Shown here: piece by piece, positions 1 through 10,891 of the stretch
Layout of the letters: each line of letters opens with the position of its first letter
Position numbering within the stretch: the stretch's first letter is position 1
Notes under the pieces: model-generated
What the model saw: only the letters and a program-made list of their open reading frames with translations
Databases searched by the model: none
What the model was told of the DNA's origin: nothing
Translations under genes and position numbers: made by a program
Assembly (NCBI GenBank): GCA_977017575.1
Contig: CDRNVI010000152.1
Coordinates: 18,872 to 82,871 of the forward strand
DNA from: Paramoeba atlantica
Lineage: Eukaryota > Protista > Discosea
Reading direction: 5' to 3'
Length of the DNA stretch: 64,000 nt

Positions 1-95
1 CACATCCCCATGTTTCTTTCAGGGAGTTTCCCTTTTCTTTTTCCCCGTCTTTTGCATTTGCGACTCCCTCTCCCCCCCCATCATCAACCCCCAAA

Positions 96-1994
96 ATGGT
101 GGGTAATTTCTCATCTTCATTTACTCATTTCCCAGTTCATTCTCATCATCCTTCTTTCTCTCCAAGTTCTCGTTTTTCACACTCACCATCTTCTTCATCT
201 CCCTTATTGCCTTTTTCTCCTCAGTCATCTTCTTCTCTTTCTTTTTCTCTTTGTTCTCCTTTCTCTTCTCCTTCTATTTCTCATTGTTCTTCTTCTTTCT
301 CTTTTTCTCCTTCTCCTTCTCCCCCTCCACCCTCTCTTTCTTCTTTCTCTCCTTTTGCTCCTTCCACTCCTTTCTCAGGAAGTTCCAGGAACTCTTCACA
401 CTCTTCTTTTCCTTCTCTATCTTCTACTTCTCGCCCCTTCTCCTCTCCCTGTTCTTCTCCTTATTTCTCTCCTCTTCTCTCTTCTCCCTCTCCTTCATCC
501 TCTCCCTCTTCCTCTCCCCTTCTCTCTCCCTCCCTCTCCCCCTCTTCCTCTCCCTTTTCCTCTTCCTCTCCTCTTTCCTCTCTCTCAGTGAGAAATGCTC
601 TTAAACTCGTTGAAATAAACGAACACCAAGCATTTCTTGCTTTGGAGCAAGAATATGCGCACATGATGACAGAAATACTCCCAAAGGTTTTTGTGATTTT
701 TTTTCTTTCTCATTGAGAGGAATGTTTCATTTTTTCATTTTTAGATTGATGAAGAAATTGAAGCTGGCCATTGGGACCCAATGGCTCGGGTTCAATGTAT
801 TCAAAAGATCAAAAAGCTGTCTTCTGCAAAATCAAACACCATCTACAATCATCTGATTTCTAATGCTATTCTTGTGCAAAATATGTGGTTCTTAGAGTTC
901 CCAAACTAGGAAAAGATGAAGAAAGCAAAAAAATGGTTGAAGGAGACCGAAGTACCAATGAAAGACAACCTCAAGAATGTTTTGATTCCTGGTAAATGGG
1001 TGGAGGAGGAAGTTTGTTTTTTTTTCTTTTCTTATTTTTCATTATTTTATCATTGTTTTTATCATCTCATACCCAATATTTAGGTGGTTTCTTGGTACTG
1101 TCAGAGTTTGAAATCCCGTTTTGTAGGAGCTCTCTTGGGATCTTTTCTTTTGGATCCACAAGTAAAAACTGATCAAAAACTCTCAAATCTTAGTCAAGTA
1201 TTTTTTTTTCAAAAAATTTTTTTCAGAAATTAGAAAAAAGATTGGCAGCCAGAACATTTTTTTACCTATCAGTAATTTTCATTTTTCAGGTGATGATTTG
1301 GCAAAAAACAGGTTTTTATTGCATTTGTAACCCAGGAAATCACTGGGTTGTGATTGATGGAAAAATCGATGAGGCAAACAGAAAGGTTGAATTAACACTG
1401 TATGACAGTCTGAAGCAACAGCAAACAAATGACAAACCTCTCCAAGGTTTTTTGTGTTTTTTTTGTTCTTCTTTCCCTTTATTCTTCCAGTTACTGAAAC
1501 TTTTTTATTTTTTTTTAATATTTTCAACAAAGATATTCAAGCTCTTTTAGAAAAACATTTTCAGGAAAGGTCTGAAGATAAGTTATCATTTCAAAGAAAA
1601 ATTGCAAGTAAGGGGCCTGACCAGCAACAGGTTTTTTTTCTTGACTACCTGAATATAGATGGAGAATCTCTTGATTGTTATGTTTTATTTTTCATCCAAA
1701 ACTGATTTCTTTCATTTTTTCTTTCAGAATGTCACAGAGTGTGGTGTTTTGGCTTTATTTACATTCTATTGTCTTACTCAGTCATATCCTCTGACTTTTA
1801 CCCTTGCTGATTGTCCTGATATTCGTGAACATATTTTCTACAGAGTTTATGAGGAACTTCTTCCAGGTCAAACAGAAAAAAGGAAAAGGATGGATGAAGA
1901 GCGATTAAATGAACCAAGAAGTACTGGAGTTCAAAGATCGAGAAGAAGCCAGCTGGCAACAAAGAGAAGGAAAACAACAAATCCATGGATTTGA
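96..1994 (+). CDS. Ulp1/C48-family (SUMO) cysteine protease, multi-exon, with one in-frame TAG (907-909); 5' end uncertain
   Basis: Five GT-AG introns (687-744, 1012-1083, 1198-1289, 1447-1532, 1631-1727) splice in frame to give LIPGKWVEEE|VVSWYC, NHWVV...LYDSL and PDQQQ|NVTECGV: the H, D, Q and C catalytic motifs of C48 peptidases. The first exon is Ser/Pro-rich. Confidence 0.8.
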
Positions 1995-2280
1995 TAATAA
2001 AAAATTACATTTCTTAAGAATTGCTCTTCTTCTTATCCCTTTCAAGTATTTTTTCTTTTCTTCTTTTCTTGGGGGGGGGGGGGGGGGGGGGGGAACCTGT
2101 AGACAATAAAATTTTTGGATTGTCTACAAGTCAGATTTTTTTCTCTTAATAAATTTGGTCCCCCACTCAACCCTCTCAACTTAAACTTCAGTTTTTCAAG
2201 ACTGTTTTTTTATTTACTAAGTTTTATTTATTTTTTACAGCTTTTTTTTTCTCAGACTTTTTTGCTTTTTTTGGGGTTGT

Positions 2281-3144
2281 TCATGACTCCATTGTTTCTC
2301 TTACCATTTCACGCTTTGGGATTTTGCATGCCCGCAAATAAGAACGATGGATAATGAAAAGACCAACCATTCGATCATCTTCAGAAGGGCTTGATGGATC
2401 TTCTTCACCATAATACCCACGAGTTCTGTGACATAACTGGTCAGTATCCAAAAGGAGAACATCCCCAATTCGAAGACCAAAAGCAATATCCAAACCACCA
2501 ATCTCCAGTCCACCAACTTGATGTTTCCCAATATGGATCATAACTAAGACAGAGAGAAAATCATTTTGGTCATAATGCATTTTGGCTGATCCTGCAGGGC
2601 ACATGAATAAATGGAACATCCCAAACTGTCCCTCAACATCGATTAATCCGTGTTTTTCCAGACAATTCCAAACATCAGGATGATACTTTTCCACCAATCC
2701 GGAAAGCTGCTTCCCAATTGATGTCAGAACAGAATCGAGAACTTTTTCGACTTCGACCTCGTAGTGGCCTCCTTTTCCAGCAGGATGAAAGGTATAATGT
2801 CCTTGTTGGGTCCATCCACCACAAAACATAAAAGCTCTCTCCCCTCTTTTTTTGTCAACTGAAGAGTCCCAATGTGTCTCTTGGCATGACAGCAAAGCTA
2901 CTTGGAATTGTTTCATTTCTTCCTCAGTGAAAACCGATTTGAGGTAGTGTCCACGATAGCACTCCGTAACACGAGAATTTTTTTGGCGTTGGACCTCGAG
3001 GTACACAGACTCATTAATTATGAGACAGTGCTTCGAATGTTCCCAGTTTGGTTTTGTGGTTGCTTTCAGAGTTTTGTTCACAACTCTGAGTCCACAGCCT
3101 CTCTTTCTTTTTTTCGGCTCAGGATCATCAGGGTTTGAGGCCAT
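2281..3144 (-). CDS. TET/JBP-like 2OG-Fe(II) dioxygenase, intronless, 287 aa from first ATG
   Basis: HxDxxD (MHYDQND), GGLEIG...FGLRIGDVLLLD...H, and RMVGLFIIH (single Arg followed by an aromatic, as in TET RISLVFYQH). N-terminal PKKRKR NLS. Open frame with ~21 CpGs. Confidence 0.75.
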   Translation of the reverse strand: MASNPDDPEPKKRKRGCGLRVVNKTLKATTKPNWEHSKHCLIINESVYLEVQRQKNSRVTECYRGHYLKSVFTEEEMKQFQVALLSCQETHWDSSVDKKRGERAFMFCGGWTQQGHYTFHPAGKGGHYEVEVEKVLDSVLTSIGKQLSGLVEKYHPDVWNCLEKHGLIDVEGQFGMFHLFMCPAGSAKMHYDQNDFLSVLVMIHIGKHQVGGLEIGGLDIAFGLRIGDVLLLDTDQLCHRTRGYYGEEDPSSPSEDDRMVGLFIIHRSYLRACKIPKREMVRETMES

Positions 3145-3599
3145 TTTACGAGGTTGTTGTTTTGTACAAAAAAGGTTCCCAGTATTAAGCGGGCGCTGGT
3201 GAATCTCTTTTACAACTTCCACAACTCAAAAGAAACTGTTCTGAAAAGAAAAAGGAGGGGGAAAAAGAAAAAAAGAACCATGACGCAGAAAACCGTGTCG
3301 TGGAAAAAAAATTTTTCACAAGTTTTTTTTTGATGCTCTAAAAGGAAGCTTAGCACAGAAGCTTTTTTTTAAAGAGCTTTGAAAGGAACATAATCCATCT
3401 CTTCAAGCTAGTGAAAACAAATGCACCCCATTCCTGTTTTCTCATTCCCCGAAAACGATGTCACAGAACTGGCAAGAATGGGGGCTAATTAAATCAGGGC
3501 TGTGAAAAAAAATAATTGTTTGTCTTTCATTTCTTTCATCACCTTGAAAAAACTCCGCATTGCAGAAAGTCATTCTTGACCTTTTCAGACTTTTTGTTT

Positions 3600-4150
3600 C
3601 TGGAAAAGTCAATAGCAGGCAACAGAATACTACCCTGCAATGAATTTTAACCCAAAGTGATTTAGCAGCCAGGTTACATATTCACAAAGGACTTTCTCAA
3701 CAATATAGATTGCTTGAGGGGGGCATTCAGACTTTTGAGAATATGAAGGAGTGCATCACAATTCACATAATCATATGCCTTGCAAAAGTCTGTTTGGAGG
3801 AGAGTCACATCTTTTCCCTCTGCCAAAGCTTTGTAAAAAGAGTTATATACTGATTCTACTGCTTCATTAATTGATCTCCTGAAAATTCATAATTTCACCT
3901 GCTTGTTGAATTAATTTTACTCACATATCAAAGTACTTCTCTTGTGTTGCCTTATACAAAAAGAAGGGAATACCATCAGGTCCTGTGCTGGTGTTGTTGG
4001 TTCTCTGAAGTAGTTTATCAACTTTCTTCCTATCCACATCATGTTTCTCAACTGGAAGGAAATGAGGTTGGTGGTCAGCAATCAGTTCATCAAGAGAATC
4101 TTTGTTATATGGTCTTTCTGTGCTGAGAAAACCCTCTCAAAAATCCTTAA
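3600..4150 (-). mobile_element. Degraded non-LTR (LINE) reverse transcriptase relic
   Basis: Minus-strand translations TGPDGIPFFLYK, TDFCKAYDYVN and LQGSILLP match LINE RT motifs. Stops, deletions, no CpG. Confidence 0.7.
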
Positions 4151-4179
4151 TTGCTTTTTTAACCACATTATCATTATGA

Positions 4180-4505
4180 GAGATCACCCCATCCATGATT
4201 ACATGTTGTTTTTAACAAAAAGATGAAGACCATCTTTGCTTCAAGTTAACAGCTCTGTCAGGTCTGTTTGAATGAGTGTATAGTGGTATGGTTCTACAAA
4301 TTGACTTCTAGTTGAATGTTTGTTCAAAAAGAAACCATATTTTTTTGGAAATGAACATCATATAATTGGTTGAAGGGAGACTAGAGTGATATTTTTTCTT
4401 GAAATTGTCAAGGGAAAGTTCCATCCTCTTGAAATTCCTGAAATGGGCTTGTTCAAGTTTCAACCTCTATCAGGTTTTGGAGTGAAAACTGTTGGTTTAA
4501 TGCTT
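4180..4505 (+). mobile_element. Degraded fragment of the piggyBac-like transposase (inverted relative to the 7.2-9.7 kb copy)
   Basis: FGNEHH...IFFLEIVKGK...VKTVGLML aligns with PFGNEYHT...LFLEIVEGK...AKTVGLML at ~8240-8520. Confidence 0.8.
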
Positions 4506-4509
4506 TACA

Positions 4510-4870
4510 TGAGAGTGAGCTTAAGCTGCACTTGCAATCATAGTGTTTTTAGAATTGAAGTGACTTCAAATATTTCTTTTGAGCTTTTAAAAAAAAATCT
4601 GATGTTATATCCATATGTTCACTCTTGTGGTCTCTTTTCTGATTTGTTTGTTTTTTGGTTGAATGAAGATGGTAAAGGTTGAAGAAATGGAACAAAAAAG
4701 AAAAAGAAAAAGGAAAAAAAGTGTGTGTTTATTATTCTTTTGATGATTAAATTGTTTGATTTGAAAGAAAAGGTTATGCATAGAAGTTGAAGGTGATGAT
4801 GTTGTGAAAGGGAAAAAAAGAACCTGTTTTGTCAATTGATCCAAATAGAAACTCTTTCACTAGAGACTCC
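4510..4870 (-). repeat. Dispersed repeat, homologous to ~27945-28290 (Cys-rich coding relic)
   Basis: Clear nucleotide similarity (gagct(t/c)aagctgcacttgcaat...ccaaatagaa) between the two loci. Confidence 0.75.
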
Positions 4871-5399
4871 CATTCCTGGATGTATTCTCAGTGATTTTGA
4901 CTTGACACTGATTGTTTGAAGAAACTCTGATTCAAGTTCTTCTTCTTCTTCTTTATTGTCTGGGTCAATGCAACCTGATGTAAGCTCATGAAGAAAACAC
5001 TGATCACAGTAGTCTTCAGTGTCTTTGGCTGAACATTGGAAAACTTTTGAAAGTGAAAGGAATTGGCCAAAGACACAACACTTGGTCCTCCCTCATCTCA
5101 ACTTATGGCAACATATAGCTTTTGAAATGTTCTCAAGTAATTGCATGAACCTGGTCCAGTGGTTTGCTCAATCTGACCAAACCCCTCCACCACCCAAAAG
5201 GAAAAGAGAAGAGGAAATTGACCTCCAAGCAGCAAAGAAGCAAATGCTGACACAACTCAATGAAATGATTGAGAATTGTAAGGACCTTAATGAACTCAAA
5301 AGAAAATTGGACAAACAAAAATGATCCAACTGTTACTGTTCATCATAAGCAAGATAACAGTTTCACTCTCATCATTGGAGATCTGGAAAGAGATTTATT

Positions 5400-6330
5400 T
5401 TGAAACTTTGCTCCCCTGCTCAAACCAAACAAGAATTATCAGAAAACATGAGTCAACTTGCTTCCTCAACAAACAGTCATCATTTTAGGTCTGAGGTGTT
5501 GCATGGGTCAACTTGTTCTCCAGTGTACACTCCAAGAGCCCACATCACTCAAGGCTTCAGCATTGGCCAAAACACTGAGTATGCAATTGATAGGTCAACT
5601 TTGTATAAGACATTTATTAATGCATCAATGGGTCAACTTTCAATTTCAGTTTCAAACACCAGGCCACTCAAGTGGTGATGCTCTCACTGAACCTTATCTG
5701 GAATGGAGGAGGATGTTGAGTGCACACACCCATGCCAAAACCAAATGTAGGGCACAAAAGAGTCACCCAAAAGATTAATGCTTTATCTGAGCAAGACTTA
5801 GTTTGAATAACTGATGAATAAACTCCTAAGAAGAGGGGTAAGGACAAGCAGAGATATTGGAGAGGAAACAAAGCAATAGACCTGAATTGAACAAATGGCT
5901 GATTCATTTTGTAAACAAATGAGAAATCTTCTCTTGAATGGAATATTACCAGAATCAAAAATAGAAGCAAAGAATAATCAATTTTGAATTTCCAATCCTG
6001 TGTCCACAAGTTCATCTTGCATGATCTGACATCTTTAAAGTAAATTAAAAACCAAAGGAGAAGAAGGCAAAGAAGAAAGAAGGGGTAAGACAAGAGTGGA
6101 TGAGGGGCAAAATGGGGCACACAGGAGATGGACAAAAAGCACACACATCATCAGAAGGAATGCAATATCTCAAAAGATACCCTTGATTGAAGAATCTGAG
6201 CACTTTTTGCACCTAAAAAGCACTCTTGTACCTCATCATTATAGTCACCATGATCAAATTCATGCAACATGGTGTGGAAGACCAGCTTGTGGAATTAATG
6301 AGGGGAATAGGGAGAAATGGAGAAAGAGAA
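5400..6330 (+). mobile_element. Heavily degraded Gypsy-like pol relic (RNase H end, possible integrase)
   Basis: QWVNFQFQFQTPGHSSGDALT resembles the RNase H C-terminal F-x-i-x-H-x-PG...DALSR motif; YLIIIVTMIKF resembles the integrase core. No CpG, many stops. Confidence 0.4.
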
Positions 6331-7157
6331 TTTAGGACTTGAGAAAGAAATAAAAGAGAGAGAGAGACACATGAGAATGGAAAGGATGAGAAAGTGAAAT
6401 TTGATTTAGGAGAAATCTTCAATCCTATCAACAAGAACAGAAGAAAATGATTCTCTAACACCAACTTTAGGAAATCCAAGGATCTTGAGAGGTGGACATT
6501 ATCAAATAAGGAGGTTCAAGGAGATTTCAAAGAAAGTGATGAAGAAATATAAACCCAAGAGGAGCAGACTAGTAATGCCAATCAGCTCAGTTGGCCAAAA
6601 GGATGAATATTTCCCCCCTTGATAAGGGTCACTGAGATCCTTAGGGGATGCAAGGGGGGGTCTGAATATTGAGACCTTTTGTCAAGCCACCTTTTGGGCA
6701 GTTAAGAGGAAGCAGCCAAGAACCTATTTGAATGTTGAATTGGCCCAATTGGTTCAGATTGCAATCAGAAAGAAAAGAAGATGGAAGATTGAGATCAAGA
6801 TAAATAAGGGGGGGGGTTTTGGAGTTGGCTTGAGAAACTCTACTCCAAAAGGGGAAGAGACCAAAACCAAGGATAATCAAGAAGGATAAACAATGGAAAA
6901 GAAGGCCAGAGAAAGTACTCAAGAAGTATGCAAAGGAACAGGACAAAGAGGAGACTTCACCAACAGCAGCATTTCCACCCTTTTTGTACCAAAGAGAAAG
7001 ATTGATCTGAAATATGTGAACCACACAGCACAAAAACTGTGAGACTCTGGGAAAAATGTTTCACCATCTTCCAAAAGAAAAGAAAAAACCAGAAAAAAAG
7101 AAAAAACCAGAAAAACCAGAAAAAAAACAAATAAAATTGTTAAACTCTCCAGAAAAT

Positions 7158-9663
7158 TGGGTTCCTTCCAGGCCAAAAGACTAATTAGGCCTCTATTTTT
7201 GACTCTTTTTTTGAAGCCACTGGTGGGTGGAGGGGAGATTTTTTTTGATAAACTTTTTAATAAAGATCTTTTAAACAAGAATATCAAGAAATATTTGTCC
7301 AAATATTGTTTTTTGAAAAAAAAAATTGAGTCACTAAAAAAAAAAAAACATCATTTTTCAAAAGGACTAATTAGTCCTCAGTCATGTGCCTGCTCATATG
7401 GTCAGCAAAGCAACCTGAACAAAAAATGAGTGTTTGATCACAGGAGCAATAGGTTTGAACTTTCTTTGTACAATTTGTCCCATTGCATCCTACTCTTCTG
7501 GTACTCTTGTCTGGCTTCAGTCCAATTACCATTTCACCAAACTCCAGCAAAGTTGGGCTTGATCATCAGATGATGTTCTACATGAGTTGGGAGTGGTATT
7601 CGCAGGTTATAGCTTTCATCCAAGGGATGATTCTGAGAGAGTAGACCTTGGGCAACCTCAAAACGAAATTCTGCAAAGGAGAGCTCTTTGGCTTGGGGGA
7701 AAAAGTGCTGAAATATGAGGAAGGCATTGACTTCCACAACTACAAGAATGAAAGCAAACTGCCTGTGGACCCATTTTTTGGTCTTCCAGGAACTCTCCAA
7801 GGAGAGAGAACCTTGCCTCAGTTGGTTGTGATCATCCACACAATGCCTGGTTTGATAGTAAAAGTCAAGAGGCTGAGTATATCACAGGGAGAGTCTTTGG
7901 CCTTCAAGCTTGCAATTTTGTAGGCAACCAGTGGGAAAAGAAGTTCCCCAGGTATTAATCATTATAGAAGAGTGATGAACATCTTGGAAAGCCTCCACAT
8001 AGAATTTATAACCTCTCAGAGATCCTTTCTTCACTTTCACACATAACCAGGTTCCTTCTCCTTGAGGTGTGTAACAATCTCTTTCCCTGGAATTCCTTTG
8101 GGCCAATATCATTTTTTCTTCACAACTGAAGTACAATACAATCCCTTCTCCAAGAAGTTGAATACAACCTTCCAACACACAAAAACCACTATCCAAAGCA
8201 ACTACTCGACCAGTTCCCCAAATTCCCTCAGTCATTCTAAGCATTAAACCAACAGTTTTCGCTCCAGAACCAGATGGAGGTTGAAACTTGGGCAGGCCCA
8301 TTTCAGGAGGATGGGACTTTCCTTCCACAATTTCAAGAAAGAGTATCACTTTAGTCTCCCCACAACCAATTGTATGATATTCATTTCCAAAAGGATGAGG
8401 TTTCCTCTGAACAAACATCCAACCAGGAGCCCATTTACAGAACCACACCACCATAGACTCATCTAGACAGACCTGTCAACTTGGAACAAAGATGGTCTTC
8501 ATCTTCTCATTAAAAGCAGCAATCAGGGGTCGAATTTCCCACATACAGTCTGTGTAAGAGGGTTTTGCAGAGAGAGGAGCAAGTTTAAGAGAGGAGACAA
8601 TCATATCAAACCAATTTCTACTGATATATTTCCTAAGATAAGGCAGTGTACCATGCAAGGAAGATCCAGCTGAATCCTTTGAAATTCGAAAAAAATCCCT
8701 TCTTTTATGTCCTGGGTAGAAAGACATAATCTGGCACAAGGCAATAAAATCAAGCATTTCAGCTTCAGTGAAGTTCAAAGAATGGTTAAACTCATTTGTT
8801 GCTTTCAGCACATCAGTTTTTAGAAAGGTTAGAGGTAGAACTTGGAGAAAAATATCGAGGGGAGTGGGGACATAAACAGCATCAAAGCGAATTCTTGTAC
8901 AGGCCTTGAAGTCTTGTGCTCCTATCACAGCACAAGCATCAGTTGTTGAGGAAGACCACTCAGAAACACAAAGGAAAGATCATTTTCAACGAGTTCTGCT
9001 GCATTGTCTTCCCCTTCCTCCTCAATATCAGAGCAAGATTCAGTATCTTCATCATCAGTATCAGATGAGCCCAAAACAGGCACAGAGGTTGTTGATGCCT
9101 GGGATGAACCAGAACTTGATCCTCCTGAGCCAGAAGAGGATGATGAAGATGAAGATGGATGAGTTGAAGTCCCACAACCCTCTGAGACATCTGCTTCTCC
9201 AACAAACTTCAAATTTTCAGGAAGAGCCAGAAGGTAATCATTCTGAAAGACAGGAGAATGAAGCAAAACTACCATCTGAGATTTCCTGTCATAGTTCTGA
9301 AGTTCCACCCTTTTCACCCTGAGTGAAGAGAGAGATGCTCCTTGATATTGGTCACCAAAATGTTTCCTTAGAAGATGAGAAGGGCAAAGGTTCACAGCTT
9401 TGCAGAACCAAATAGTATCCTCCTTCAATTCTTCAATTCTTGGAGAAGTTGATCTAGAACTCATTTTTCTCACCACTGTAACTTTTTTCATTCAGACTTT
9501 CTGAGAAAGGCATTGTGATGAAAATCAAGAAAAAACCTCAAAGAAACACAAAAGAAAGTAAAAAAAAAAAAAAAAAAGTTCAAAAATGTGCTTTATTTTG
9601 GCCAACAAACAGGAGCCTAATTAGGCCCAAAAAGACTAATTAGGCCCCCCTGGAAAGAACCCG
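7158..9663 (-). mobile_element. piggyBac-like (DDE_Tnp_1_7-type) DNA transposon with TIRs
   Basis: Ends (T)GGGTTCCTTCCAGG and CCTGGAAAGAACCC(G) are inverted repeats. Subterminal CTAATTAG palindromes at ~7179, 7364, 9615 and 9634. Transposase relic inside. Confidence 0.8.
7371..9491 (-). pseudogene. piggyBac-like transposase, broken by stops and frameshifts
   Basis: Motifs ISRNWFD, RKPHPFGNEYHT, VVALDSGF, KWVHRQFAFIL...NAFL, and a C-terminal cysteine-rich domain (TYCSCDQTLIFCSGCFADH) ending at TAA 7371-7373. Confidence 0.85.
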
Positions 9664-9985
9664 ATATAATATTGTTAACCAAAATAAACCTGATCAAATT
9701 GTGCAATATCTTGATGCAATAAATGAGGAAATATATATATATTTGTTCTCATTCTCACTTCTAATCTAAGAGAAGGAAAGAAAAGATTGAAGAAGAGATA
9801 AAAAAAAATGAAAAAATTCACTATGTGAGAATTGAACCTGTTAGATGAATAGATGGTTCTTGCCCTTCTCCTTATTCTCTTGAGGTTTGAAAAAGAAGTT
9901 TTTCAATCCCCCTCCTTTGAAACAAAAATAGAAGACATTATTTGAAAAATAACTTTCTTCAAAAGAACAATGAACCCCCAGAATT

Positions 9986-10036
9986 TTCATACTCTCTGGG
10001 TGCTAATTTGAAAATTTGTACCCAGAGAGAGTATAA
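9986..10036 (-). repeat. ~50-bp hairpin element, copy 1 (reverse orientation)
   Basis: TTCATACTCTCTGGGT-GCTAATTTGAAAATTTGT-ACCCAGAGAGAGTATAA, the reverse complement of the consensus seen at 44890. Confidence 0.85.
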
Positions 10037-10649
10037 GTCTTCTTGCTTGAGGTCATTTGAGTTTTGCTTGTATTGCCACTGAACAAGGAAAGAACTGAAA
10101 TAGTTACTTCTTCAAAAAAGATCAAAAGAAATGAGTTCTCTGTTCAAAAAAAAAATGTGAAAAAGGAGGTGAAAAGAAAAGATAAAGAAGATAAAAACTA
10201 GTAAGAAAAAGAAAGAAAAAAGAACCTTGTGTCCTTACCTCTCACAGCTTAATAGATGGTCTCCCTGATCCAGTGTCCCCTCAAGGTAAAATGATTCCCA
10301 TTTCTCTCAAAGTTCTTGTTTCTCAAAAGACAAAAGGAATGCCAAATCAAAGAAAGGTCCCAACATTGAACTGGGGTGAGTCATAAAATAATTAAAGAAA
10401 TAATTGATATTCTCAAGGGTCCACCAAGTCTAATCCTCTTAAATAACATCAAAGAAATAATAGTGTTGTTTGAACAATATCAAAAGAACTATTTAACTTG
10501 TTCATATAAAACTCCTTACAATCCATTCAATTTGTTTTGCCTTTCTCAATCTTGGATATTAATCACAAGCACAAAGTGGAGATATTATCATCACAACAAG
10601 ACACTCCCTCAACAGGTATTCAACAAAACCAAATAACTAGAACCCAAAT

Positions 10650-10868
10650 TGTTGGAGGTGAAACAGGGAAAATGATAAAACTGATGTAAGGCATGAGGGT
10701 TTAGAGAGGAAAATGAGAATAAACTTTATTTGTGACAAACAAGGTTGCACAAACAAGTGACAATGGAATAGGTGGTTGCATTGCAATGTCTCAGGAGGAT
10801 GCAACAATGTCTGGACAACTTCAATGAAACCAGATTTATCTTAATAAGGTTAGAAGTTGCATCCAACA
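10650..10868 (-). repeat. Copia 3' LTR
   Basis: Direct repeat of 15667-15885 with 10 nt differences; preceded on the minus strand by the PPT. Confidence 0.97.
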
Positions 10869-10877
10869 CTCTCCTCC
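10869..10877 (-). promoter_or_regulatory. Polypurine tract (GGAGGAGAG)
   Basis: Purine run immediately 5' of the 3' LTR on the coding strand. Confidence 0.85.
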
Positions 10878-10891
10878 ATCCAATGAATACT

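Noticed and set aside
3481-3492. GGGGCTAATTA as a transposon end enclosing the TET gene
   Set aside because: Resembles the piggyBac-like subterminal motif but is a single short match with no TIR or TSD.
9760-10640. Named gene around the Copia insertion site
   Set aside because: Exon-like islands resemble those at 16.4-16.9 and 53.1 kb (possibly LRR-related) but are too decayed to assign.
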